Positions 1-15,990 of a stretch of 64,000 nt of DNA are shown piece by piece. This DNA comes from the human T2T-CHM13v2.0 reference genome, Homo sapiens. The position numbers were made by a program, and so were the translations under genes. The notes under the pieces are model-generated. The model saw only the letters and a list, made by a program, of their open reading frames with translations, was not told where the DNA came from and ran no database searches. The first letter of the stretch is position 1; each line of letters starts with the position of its first letter. The stretch is taken from the NCBI RefSeq assembly GCF_009914755.1, contig NC_060936.1, one strand, 5' to 3'.

Positions 1-53
1 TTATAGGAATGATTTCAAACGAATACAATGTAAAAAAAAAAAAAAATGTTTGG

Positions 54-340
<287 letters not shown>

Positions 341-531
341 AGTTTGGGCCCATAATTAAGTAGTTGATCAGTCCCTATATAGGTGAAACTCCTAGGAGGC
401 TCTTTCACAAAGTGTAAACAATATAATATACCCTAAGAAGCAGTAACTGAAGTGGATATACATAAAGAAGATGGACATGCCTTGCTTCTGCAACACATAC
501 TGACCCAAATGGACTTGAAAAATATATGGTC

Positions 532-3250
<2,719 letters not shown>

Positions 3251-3321
3251 TAATAATTGTTTACTAGAGAACCCTCAAAAAAAAAAAAAGAAAAGAAAAA
3301 TGTATGGTCAAGATCAGGTAG

Positions 3322-3662
<341 letters not shown>

Positions 3663-6600
3663 AAAAGTTACCTTTTTAAAAGACAAATCATACAGTCATC
3701 ACCTTAAGCAATTATCAAACTCAGTTGTTTCCATGGTAGCCACAGAGATTTCTATAAAAAGTGGGACCTTGAGAAAAGAACTTAGATTTATCAGAAAGAT
3801 TTTGGTCTATAAGCCTGAGAAGAGATATAGCATTTTGTTGGAAGCTATACAGTGGATATAATTATTTTCCAAATTTTCTGGTACATATCAGGAAACTTCA
3901 ATAGATAAACTAAATGATAGAATTATTTTAGGAATGGCCACAAGAAAGGATAAAGGTAAAGAAGGAAGACCGTCTTAATGATTTTGGAAATAAATAGGGA
4001 AGAAGCAAGCAATCCCTGGGAATGAACTGTCTCCTGGAGGGAAAAGATCAGGACAAGGCTAAGTTAATTAGGTCACTGCTTAGGCCGTCTGTGATATATC
4101 TACCACTGCTTCTGTTTTTGCTGCATTCTACCACGAATTTAAACACAATGTAATAAAATGGCCCTTCCTGAAGACCCAGATTGTGGATGATACCCACTAG
4201 AACTGGACCATTTATTGCAGAAGAATGGGAGGCTGCATTCTTAGGCAAGTGCTTTTGCTTTTTAGACCCCATTCTTCACCAGATATTGGTTTGCCAATGT
4301 TTATTCCTCCCTGATGGGTGGAGAGGAGGATAGAGTGCTGGCCTGTGGGACACACTGGACTTTAAAACCAAGCCACTTTTTCTTACAGTTTTATTTGTCT
4401 CTGTCTACCTCTCTGTGTGGTTTTTAGATTAGGAGGGGACAATGAGCACAATTTATCATACCCTCTGAAATTTTAAAATTAGTCCAAATGTGTTTATGTC
4501 CTGTTCTCAATAATATTTATGATTCCTAGTACAGGCCTTGGAACACAGAATATTTCTTTTGAATCTTTAGGATAGCTTTGTAAATTATAAAGAAATCCTG
4601 TTTTAACATAATAGTCAATTGTAGCTCAAGAAGTTAAACTCTAGTCTGTCCTCAAATTTTAGCCCTCCTCTGTTATGCCAGGCTTCCTCGCTGCAGAAAC
4701 AAAGAATGAGATAATCGTCTTACTGAATAACCTCATAATGATATAGTAATGGGAGATAAACTGAACAGACATGTTGAGGGAAATTTTGGAATGTCTTAAA
4801 TACCAGAATAAGAAGTCAGAAATTATTTTTGAAGGTTGAGAGTCACTGAAATAATATTGAGAAGAGTGACAAGCGATTAGAGTTGTAGAGACTGTAGATT
4901 AGATGGGATAGACCAACGTTTAAAGAGCATTTGGTAAGGTACTGCATTGTTCTCAGCATGAGATAATAGTGGCTTGAATTAGAAAATGATAGGAGTTTTA
5001 GCTTACTTAATTTTTGTAAAATAGAAAAATACTAAAAATATCAGTATATTGTTAATATTAGTTTAGATTTATATTTTTTGTATCCACAAATACTTGTATG
5101 GACAAACATTTACATAGTCCCAGACATTCATGAAATATCTAACAAATACAAGAAAGTGAGCTATTCATTATAAACTATGAACAGAGCCATGGACCAATGT
5201 TATTTTTTCAAAAGCAAACTCAATACTACTATTTCCAAAGTGGTAGCAAGGTTATAATTTTAAAGCAGTTTTAAAATGAACACTGACCATTAGTTATCTT
5301 TTCCTTCAGCCATCATGTTGATTTTGTAATTCTTCTGTTAGAAAGTCTTCCATGGTCCCATTGTTTTCAAGAAACCATAATTAGTTAATCACACTTTGGA
5401 CTCAACTAATCAAACTTTTTATCCCTCTTTCTTCTATCCTCCTATAAAAAGTCCTTATAAATAAGAAAAAGCCAGAAAAAAATCACTACATCTTATTTCA
5501 CATCCAACATTTACCATCTTATCTGTGTATGTTTGATTGCTTATAGGATTCCCAATTTTAGTCAGAGCTGTGATGTCAGTCTAATCAAGTTTGAATCAGC
5601 CTAAGTCTCCACAAGTTCTATGAATTCCCTGTGCCTTGATCTCTTCATTATTTTTTGAAAAGATTAAATAGGTAATATATAGCTAGACTTATAATCATGT
5701 AGAAGAGATAATAGGCACTCAAATATGAGCTGTTATCAATATTGTTATTTTGGCAAGCAGGCCTGATCCATTCCAGAATAAGTAATATTGCTTGCTCTAC
5801 AGAAATCATAGATTCTTTCCTTTGAAGTTTTTGCAGTTGATTTAATTAAATTATTATTGGTATCATATCCTTCAATGTGAGGTTTTGGAACAAGAGAAGA
5901 ACATGGCTAATTCATTAGATTTTGAGCTACTAGAGATCAGATCTTTTTTCTCTAAGCAGCCACTCAGTTTATCAAAGGAAACTCCATTCTAATAGCTATT
6001 TAAGGCATCTGAAAAAGAAGGGAATAGTGGCTCTTGATATCTTTATTTCTAATCCCCACGGAAGCATAAAGGCACATCCTAGCTGAGGTAAATTTAATCC
6101 TGCTGACTTGACACTTTTACAACAGATGAAATTCAGCAGCACACCCTAATTTTCTGATTAATATTGTAAAGGTATTCTATGAGAAATTCCTCAGATAATA
6201 TAGTAACTGTACAAATACACAATAAAGATTTTTATTTTTAGACTACCTTAAGAATCAATTGAAGATGCTAATATTTCTTGAGGAGGACAGATTATTAACT
6301 GGGCAAAAATGGTCTTTTATAAATTACCTACTGAAATGCAACCTCCTCTTTTCAATGCAAATAACAAGGCTTGCCATCTCATGATTTTTACTTTGAAATA
6401 TTTGTGTTCCTATTATACAAGATCATATATTTTAAATGCCTAATTTGGACTTTTTGAACAATGTGTAGACTAAATTCTGTTAATTACAGAAGTTGGGTGG
6501 TATGCAGTCATTTATAATAGACTGTACTTGAGTCAATAAATTATCCCTACATAAACAGAGATAAATGTTAGTGTTCTGAGATTAACCTGGCAGAAAATGC

Positions 6601-6763
6601 ATGTGAACATATTTTAAGGTGTACCTTTTATTTGGTGTATTGAAAGAATTATTTCCTAAAGGATGAATACTTCATTTAAATTAATATTTGCCATGTGAGA
6701 GATCAAAAGATAGATTGAAAGAAATATAGATCACCCCTTATCTCACCATATAAAATATCAGAT

Positions 6764-6835
6764 ATATTAGATTAAATCATATAAAATTGCTACTTTTATA
6801 GGTAAAAAAATGGTCACGTTGTTGCTCAACTTAAC
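6764..6835. mobile_element. MADE2-like mariner MITE remnant
   Basis: TATTAGATTAAATCATATAAAATTGC...GGTAAAAAAATGGTC...TCAACTTAACA resembles the ~80-bp palindromic MADE2 consensus as I recall it. Confidence 0.55.
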
Positions 6836-8554
6836 AATATACTTTTATATCCTTTTTTTCCTGTTACATTTTCATGATTTGAAATAGTTCAAAAATTGAT
6901 AATTTAGCATTACGTCCACAGGTATATTTTGTTACTCTGTATTTGGACATGTGGATTACTTACAATTTTTTGCTACTACAGAAACCACTATGCTTATTAT
7001 GATTATTTTGTATCTAGCAAAACTAAGTATCATATATGAAGGAAAGATACAGTTGTTTTCAGACAAATTCTGGAAACACATCAAAACAAAACCTCTTTAA
7101 AGCATAAATCACTCAGGACCTATAAAAACAAAAATACAGGTTAAAAAGCACAAACAAAAAGTACACAGGCAACAAAGAACATGATGAATGCAATGGTACC
7201 TCGCATTTAAATACTAACATTAAATGTAAATGGCCTAAAAGCTCCACTAAAAAGATACAGAACCACAGAATGGATAAGAACCCACCCACCAACTCTCTGC
7301 TGCCTTTAGCAGACTCACCTAACATATAAGGACTCAAACTTAAAGGGGGTGGAAAAAGACATTCCATGCAAATGGACACCAAAAGCGTGCAGGGTTAGGC
7401 ATTCTTGTATCAGAAAAAAACAAACTTTAAAGCCACATTGGTTAAAAGAGACAAAGAGGGACATTATATAATGGTAAAAGGTCTTGTCCAACAGGAAAAT
7501 ATCACAATCCTAAACACATATATGCCTAACATTGGAGCTCCCAAATGTAAAAAACAATTACTAAGAGACATAAGAAATGAGATAGACAGCAACACAGTAA
7601 TCGTGGGGAACTTCAAGACTCCACTGACAGCACTAGACAAGTCATCAAGATGAAGTCAACAAAGGAACAATGGATTTAAACTATACCTTTGAACAAATGG
7701 ACTTAACAGATATATACAGAACACTTCATCCAACAACCGCAGAATACACATTCTATTCAACAGCACATGGAACTATCTCCAAGACAGACCATATGATAGG
7801 CCATAAAACAAGCCTCAATAAATTTAAGAAAATTGAAATTGTATCATGCACTCTCTCAGACTACAGTGGAATAAAGGTAGAAATCAACTTCAAGAGGAAA
7901 CTTCAAAACCTCACAAATACATGAAAATTAAATAACCTGCTCCTGAATGAGCATTGGGCCAGAAACAAAATCAAGATTGAAATTAAAAATTCTTCAAACG
8001 GGGTGACAATAATGACACAACCTATCAAAACCTCTGGGATACAGCTAAGGCTGTGCTAAGAGGAAAATTCATAGCCCTAAATTCCTACATCAAAAAGTCT
8101 GAAAGAACACAAACAGACAATCAAAGGTCACACCTCAAGGAACTAGAGCAACAAGAACAAACCAAACCCAAACCCAGCAGAAGTAAGGAAATAACCAAGA
8201 TCAGAGCAGAACTAAATGAAATTGAAAAAAAAAAATTACAAAAGATAAATGAAATAAAAAGCTGGTTCTTTGAAAAGACAAATGACATCGATAGATCATT
8301 AGCAAGATTAACCAAGAAAAGGAGAGAAAATCCAACTAACCTCACTAAGAAACAAAACAGGAGATATTACAACTGACACCACTGAAATACCAAAGATCAT
8401 TCAAGGCTACTAGGAACATCTTTATGCACTAAACTAGAAAACTTAGAAGAGATGGATAAATTCCTGGAAACATATAACCCACCTAGCTTAAATCAGGAAG
8501 AATAAGATACCTTGAACAGACCAATAACAAGCAGTGAGATTGAAACAGTAATTA

Positions 8555-8870
<316 letters not shown>

Positions 8871-11147
8871 GTAATTTTTTCAACAAAAAAAAGTCCAGGA
8901 CCAGACAGATTCACAGCAGAATTTTACCAGACATTCAGAGAAGAATTGGTACCAATCCTTTTGACACTATTCCACAAGATAGAGAAAGAAGGAACCCTCC
9001 TTAAATCATTCTATGAAGCCAGTATCACCCTAATACCAAAACCAGGAAGGGACACAACCAAAAAAGAAAACTACAGATGGATATCACTGATGAACATAGA
9101 TGCTAAAATCCTAAAGAAAATACTGGCTAACCGAATCCAAAAACACATCAAAAAGATAATCCACCATGATCAAGTGGGTTTCATACCAGGGCTTCAGGGA
9201 TGGTTTAACATACACAAGTCAATAAATGTGATACACCACAGACAAAATTAAAAACAAAAGTCACATGCTCATCTCAATAGTTGCAGAAAAAGCATTCAAC
9301 AAAATCCAGCACTGCTTTATGATCAAAACCCTCAGAAAAATCAGCATACAAGGGTCATACCTTAATGTAATAAAAGCCATCTATGTCAGACCCACAGCCA
9401 ACAAAATACTGAATGGGGAAATGTGGAAAGCATTCCCTTCAAGAATGGGAACAAGACAAAGATGCCCACTCTCACCACTCCTCTTCTACATAGTACTGGA
9501 AGTCCTAGCCAGAGCAATCAGACAAGAGAAAGAAATGAAGGTCATCCAAATCGGTAAAGAGGAAATCAAACTGTCGCTGTTTGCTGCTGATATGATCATT
9601 TATCCTGAAAACCCTAAGGACTTCTCCAGAAAACTCATAGCACTGATGAAAGAATTCAGCAAAGTTTCCAGATACAAAATGAATGTACAGAAATTGGTAG
9701 CTCTTCTATGCACGAACAGCAACCAAGCAGAGAATCAAATCAAGAACTCAACCCCTTTACAATAGCTGCAAAAATAAAATAAAATACTTAGGAATATACG
9801 TAACCAAGGAGTCCAAAGACCTCTACAAGGAAAACTATAAAATACTGCTGAAAGAAATCATAGACAAGACACAGAAATGGAAACACATCCCATGTTCATG
9901 GATGGGTAGAATCAATATTGTGAAAATGAACTTACTGCCAAAAGCAATCTACAGATTCAATGCAATTCCCTTAAAACGCCATCATCATTCTTCACAGAGT
10001 TAGAACAAAAAATTCTAAAATTCATATGGAACCAAAAAGGAGCCTGCATAGCCAAAGCAAGACTAAGCAAAAAGAACAAACAAATCTGGAGGCATCGCAC
10101 TATCTCATTTCAAACTATACTATAAGGCCACAGTTATCAAAACAGCATGGTATTGGTATAAAATTAGGCAAATAAACCAATGGAACAGAATAGAGAACCC
10201 AGAAGTAAATTCAAATAGTTACTGCCAACTGATCTTCAACAAAGCAACCAAAAACATAAAGTTGGGGAAAGGACACGTTTTTCAACAAATAGTGCTGGGA
10301 TAATTGGCTAGCCACATGAAGGAGAATTAAATGATCTTCATCCCTTACCTTATACAAAAATCAACTTAAGATAGATTAAGGACTTAAACCTAAGAGATGA
10401 AACTATAAAAAGTCTAGAAGATAACATTGGAAAACCCTTCTAGACATTGGCTTAGGCAAGGATTTCATGACCAAGAACCCAAAAGCAAATGCAATAAAAA
10501 CAAAGATAAATAGCTGAAACCTAATTAAACTAAAGAGCTTTTGCACGGCAAAAGGAACAGTCAGCAGAGTTGACAACCCACCACACGGAATGGGACAAAA
10601 ATCTGCACAATCTATACATCTGACAAAGGATTAATATCCAGAATCTACAACAAACTAAAATCGGTTAGAATAAAACAACAATCCCATCAAAAGTGGGCTA
10701 AGGACATGAATACACAATTCTCATGGAAGGTATACAAAGGGCCAACAAACATATGAAAAAAGTCTCAACATCACTAATGATCAGTGAACTGCAAATTGAA
10801 ACGACAGTGCAATACCAGCTTACTCCTGCAAGAATGGCCATAATCAAAGAATCAAAAAACAGTAGATGTTGGCATGAATGTGGTAGACAGGGAGCACTTC
10901 TACACTGCTGGTGGGAATGTAAACTAGTACAGCCACTATGGAAAACAGTGTGGAGATTCTTTAAAGAATTAAAAGTAGAACTACCATTTGATCTAGCAAT
11001 CTCACTACTGGGTGTATACCCAGAGGAAAAGAAGTCATTATTTGAAAAAGATACTTGGACATACATGTTTATCATGTTTATAGCAGTACAATTGCCAAAT
11101 TGTGGAGCCAACCCAAATGCCCATCAATCAAGTGGATAGGGAAACTC

Positions 11148-11297
11148 TATGTATATGCCTACATATATATACATATATACGTATATGTACATGCATGTGT
11201 GCATATGCATGTGTGTGCATACATGCACATGCACACACATATACGTACATGTGTATATACCTGTGCACATATATATACATGTGTACACATATGTATA
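11148..11297. repeat. Compound (TA)/(CA)/(TG) low-complexity tract inside L1PB
   Basis: About 150 bp of nearly uninterrupted alternating purine-pyrimidine sequence. Confidence 0.9.
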
Positions 11298-12236
11298 TGA
11301 TGGAATACTATGCAGTCATAAAAAGGAATAAATTAATAGCATTTTCAGTGACCTGGATGAGATTGGAGACTATTATTCTGAGTGAAGTAACTCAGGAATG
11401 GAAAATGAAACATTATATGTTCTTACTGACATGTGGGAGCTAAGCTATGAGGAACACAGAGGCATAAGAATGATACAATGGACTTTTGGGACTTAGGGTG
11501 AAGACTGGGAGGGGGGTGAGGGATAAAAGACTACAAATAGGGTGCAGCATATACTGCTCGGGTGATGGGTGCACCAAATCTCACAAATCCCCACTAAAGA
11601 ACTTATGTAACCAAATACCACTTGCATCCCATTAACTTATGGAAAAAAATCTCATGTTCAGTGAAAACTGTAAAATTATATATATTCTCTATTTATATAA
11701 TATAAAGTTAATTATGTATCCCTAATTAGCTGGGGACTTTCAGGAGTGTTGGCAATGTTTTATTTTTTTTGACATAAAACCTTGTTTTATTATTATTATA
11801 CTCTCTACAATATCCCCTTCTCTGTGTGTTTTGTTTAGCAATATGTAAAGGGCACTTGTGTCTTTTTTTCTACTTGTTAAAGCAAAAGTTTAAAAATTTT
11901 GTTAAAGTTTGTATAATTAGTAAATTTTAAATTTGTCCTTTTTGTGTATGAGTTGTTACATTTTGAAGCTGTTTGTTTGGTATCACACAAGACAAAAATT
12001 TATGGTAGTGTGTATTTTTAGCAATAAAAATAAACTACATATAATCTTTGTCTGGAATTCTGTGTTACACAAGGTCAGTATTTTTGTTCTCATTTCTGTT
12101 AAGCATATAAATATGTAACAATTTTAGATAGACTTCAAAACATTCCTAAAAAACCTAACATGTTGAACTTTGTTCATTCTCTTTGCACTGTAATATTTTA
12201 TTGTGTGATTATATTGTAATTTATTTATCCATCCTA

Positions 12237-12404
12237 TTTTTTCTTTTTTTGAGATGCAGTCTTGTTCTGTCTCCCAGGCTGGAGTTCAGTGGCACGATCT
12301 CAGCTCATTCCAACCTCTGCCTCCCAGGTTCAAGCGATGGGGTTTCACCATGTTAACCAGGATGGTCTTGATCTCCTGGCCATGTGATCCACCTGCCTTG
12401 GCCC
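12237..12404 (-). mobile_element. Alu, 5'-truncated and internally deleted
   Basis: Poly-T, right arm to CAAGCGAT, then directly GGGGTTTCACCATG of the left arm. TSD ATCCTATT at 12231 and 12406. Confidence 0.9.
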
Positions 12405-12589
12405 TATCCTATTGTTTATAAGAATTTGGATAGTTTACAATTTGGAACTGTATTATCCTCCTAAGAGAAAACCCCTTTGTCACTATGAATTTTCTCTTTC
12501 TCTTTAGCTATGTACACAATGTCTAGTACAGCAGCAGCTGTGATTAGAAACGTTTACAGAAGTACACTTTAGTGACCAGGCACTGAGTT

Positions 12590-13658
12590 ATCCTCCATTG
12601 ATTTCCGTCTTCTGCTATCCATGCCCTTGTATAATCCCTTCCCTTGACTTCCTTCTAACTAATGGAATATAACAAAGATATTGAGATGTCATGATGGAAT
12701 ATAACAAAGGTATTGAGATGTCATGATGTAGTATACCACAAGAGACCAATCACAGCTATAAGATTAATAATAACCACAGGCTCACTCAAACATCTTGCAA
12801 AGCTGACACTACATATCTCTTCACAATATGATGTAACCTGGCCCAAGGCTTTCCAGGAGACAAGGCCACCTCAGCACAGATGCAATTTTTGAGAACATTA
12901 AAACAAAATGTATCCTCACAAGAATCACTTAAAAACTCCCTTATGAAAGACACCTGGTAACTGACCCAAACTGAATACAGTTACAAGAAAGGGGGAACAA
13001 TCCCTCAAACTCTGAGAATGGTCTCTGGATGGAGATCCTCCTGGTAGTGATCATCTAACCCCTGACCCATGTTGCTGGCCTGCGCCAGCTCACTTGTAAG
13101 AGTGCTACCAAAATAAACTGCTTGAACATCAGACAGCATCTAGGACTCATTTTTGACACAAATCATACCAAAGGAAAAAAATAACCTCTGAGGAAGCTGA
13201 TTTACCAGGACTATCTGAGAGCCCTGAACATGATGTATGATATATGTAAATTCCATCTTGCCAGCTGATATGCTAGAGTGATTTCCCTTCACTGGCTTTG
13301 ATGAAGCAAACTGCCAGGAAGTAAAGGCCATGTTAGAGAATCCCACATGGTAAGGAAGGGCAGGCAGACTGTAAGAGCTTTCTTCAGCTAGAAATGGATA
13401 TCTTAGTCATGCAGACATAAGGAAATGACTGTTGCCAGCAATCTAAAGGGGCTTGGAAGCAGAAGATTCTCTAATTGACCTTCTGATGAGACCTCAGCCC
13501 CAGTCTCAAGGTGGATTGCAGCCGCCTGAAATCCTGAAGCAGAAGACCCAGTTAAACTGTGCTCAGAGTTATGACTTACAGAAACTGAGTAATGAATGTG
13601 TTGTTTTCAGCCACTAAGTGTGTGCTGATTTGCTTTGCAGAAATAGATTGTGAACACA
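12590..13658 (+). mobile_element. MLT1 (MaLR) solo LTR split by a second LTR
   Basis: CCCTTGTATAATCCCTTCCCTTGA start, CTGGCTTTGATGAAGCAAACTGCCA core, TGTTGTTTTCAGCCACTAAGT...AATAGATTGTGAACACA end. Confidence 0.75.
12729..13230 (+). mobile_element. ERV solo LTR (probably ERVL class), family not identified
   Basis: About 500-bp block with AATAAA near 13111, ending in CA. Flanked by 5-bp repeat TGATG (12724-12728, 13231-13235). MLT1 continues on both sides. Confidence 0.6.
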
Positions 13659-14257
13659 TTCACAATTACCACCATTATCCTAGCTTTTACAGGGACATGA
13701 AAGATACAACCAGTGATGCATAATTAAATCTTATCAACCTGTAGCATGACAATAATCTCTGCCCTTCCATTTGAAATATGGTGGTACTTACCACTCACTT
13801 TTTGGCCAGGGGGATATATGCATTTTAGGCTTTTCCACTCAGCCTTTGCTATCATGATAGCTCTTAATCCACAGTTCAGGCAATTAATGAGACAGCGCCA
13901 ACAGCTGTTTAGTACATCTGTCTCAATTTAGCACTCAGAAATAGGAAAAAATCACAGGAAAGGTCTATAGATGAATTGAATCTAGAGAGAGAAAAAGACT
14001 TGGTCTTCATCCAGCTTAAATCTATTAGGGAGCCATGGTGGCATGTGAGTTCTCTAATATATCAATGTCAGTTTATACCCTATAGCAATAGCCCTTGAAA
14101 AATTGGTCAGTCTCTTTTCCACAGAGACAGTTACTCTGGTAAATTGCTATAGGTCTCTTTGGTGAAATGCTAGAGTAATTAGTACTATATATACTTATTA
14201 GATGTTGCAGGTTCCTTCATCAAGAGGACCCAGATACTCCTTTAAATGGCTGGCTCC

Positions 14258-14530
14258 AGCCAGGCTGGTGGCACACGTCTGTAATCCCAGCACTTTGGGA
14301 AGCCAAGGTGGGTGGATCACCTGAGGGCAGGAGTTTGTGACCAGCCTAACATGGTGAAACCCCATCACTACTAAATACAAAAAAATTAGTTGGTTGTGGT
14401 GGTGCATGCCTGTAATCCGAGCTACTTGGGAGGTTGAGACAGAATAGCTTGTACCTGAGAGGCAGAGGTTGCAGTGGGCTGAGATAACACTATTGAACTC
14501 CAGCTTGGGCAACAAGAGCAATAAAAAAAA
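14258..14530 (+). mobile_element. AluS
   Basis: Alu body. Perfect 10-bp TSD GGCTGGCTCC at 14248 and 14531. Confidence 0.93.
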
Positions 14531-14639
14531 GGCTGGCTCCTAGGTTGAGAACAAAGACAGCTGTAGCTATAGGAAGGGTTTCATAATTTTCTGTTGCAGC
14601 AGCTATCAGCTCCCCTAGTCTTTATTTGTATCTAGTATT

Positions 14640-15690
14640 TATTTTTTTAACTTCAAGGTATAATTGACAAATAGGAATTACATACATTTAAGGTATACAA
14701 GTTAATGTTATGATATGTGTACGCCATGAAATAATCATGAATAATTAGCTTCACAGTGAAGCTAATTAACATCAATCAAATCATATAGTTCTTTTTCTTT
14801 ATGGTAAAAACACAAGATTTGGTCATAGAAAATTTCAAGTATACAATATGGCTGACTGTAGTCATCATGCTGTACATTAGATCTCAGGAATTCTTCACCT
14901 TACACAACTGAAATTTGGCAACATTTGTAGGGGAGCAAGGCAGAATTTTACATCTTTCCTTTTTGGCTTTCTTTTTAGCTTGGCTGAGAACTAAATTGAC
15001 ATGACAGATCAAAAGAAGAAAAGCATTCAAATGTATTTCAAGTTTCATGTGAGACAGGAGCCTTCATGAAAGAAATTAAGAAGTAGAGTCACTTATATAT
15101 TAAATTGAGCAAACATTAGTAAGTTGTGAAAAAGCAACTAAATTATGGGGGGAGGCTTAAAAGATGAGTTATTTTAACAAGGTCTGTACAGAATTCTCCT
15201 GGTCTCAACTTCCTGTTCCTGATAAAAATGTTGCTTTACTTCTAGTATAGAGGGAATACCTTTCTTATCTGCTTTTAAGAAACAGAAGGAAGATCAGAAT
15301 AAACTTTTTTCTGCTATTTTCCAAGAGCCTTTAATTCAAAATAGTCAATATGTCACAGTGGTATATTTTTAACTCCTTTACCTCGGACCAACATCTCCTC
15401 TTCCTCTGGCAACCACAATTCTATTATTTGCTTTTATAAGTTTAACTATTTTAAATTCCACAGATAAGTGAAATCATGCAGTAGTTTTTCTGTGGTTTAT
15501 TTTACCTAGCATAATGTCCTCCAAGTTAATCTATGTGGTCACAAATTGCAGGATTTCCTTCTTGTTTAAGGGTGGATAATGATCCATTTTGTGTGTGTGA
15601 GTATGTGTGTAGACCAACTACATTTTATCTATTTGTGGATGGACATTTAGATTATTTCCATATCTTGGCTATTGTGAATAATGATACAAT
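14640..15690 (-). mobile_element. Old L1M (MA/MB) 3' end, split by an LTR
   Basis: Antisense L1 3'UTR motifs (CATATTTAAGGTATAC-like, TTCCACAGATAAGTGAAATCATGCAGT, TCTTGGCTATTGTGAATAATG). Confidence 0.75.
14926..15381 (-). mobile_element. MER34/MER39-like ERV1 solo LTR
   Basis: Ends TTCAAAATAGTCAATATGTCACAGTGGTATATTTT. Visibly similar to 19280-19741 (shared AACAAGGTCTGT, TACAGAATT). Confidence 0.6.
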
Positions 15691-15704
15691 CAACCCCAAC
15701 ATGT

Positions 15705-15990
15705 AATTTTTAGTTCTGATATACTTTAAAGTTAGAAAAATAGCAGTACAAGGCACTGTGGTATACTCCTTACTCAGGTTCCCCAATTGCCTATGTTTTG
15801 CTCTAACTTCATCAACTTTCTCAATCAGTATGTGATTGTGTGTATATACATCTTTTTCTAAAGAACTTGAAACTTGGAGCTAACTTGTTTATTTAATTCT
15901 GAATATTTTATAATTCTTAACAAGGACATTCTCTTAATCATAGAAAAATTAGCAAAATAAGTATAACATTGATATAATCCTTTAAATTAT
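15705..15990 (-). mobile_element. L1MC-type 3'UTR fragment
   Basis: AACAAGGACATTCTCTTA and CCCCAATTG motifs typical of antisense L1MC. Confidence 0.5.

Noticed and set aside
4050-4420. GC-richer block with AATAAA, a possible LTR or exon
   Set aside because: I could not find termini, a TSD or a family motif with any confidence. Left unannotated.
12662-12725. 32-bp direct repeats as a CRISPR-like array
   Set aside because: Only two abutting copies with no spacer, in eukaryotic LTR DNA.
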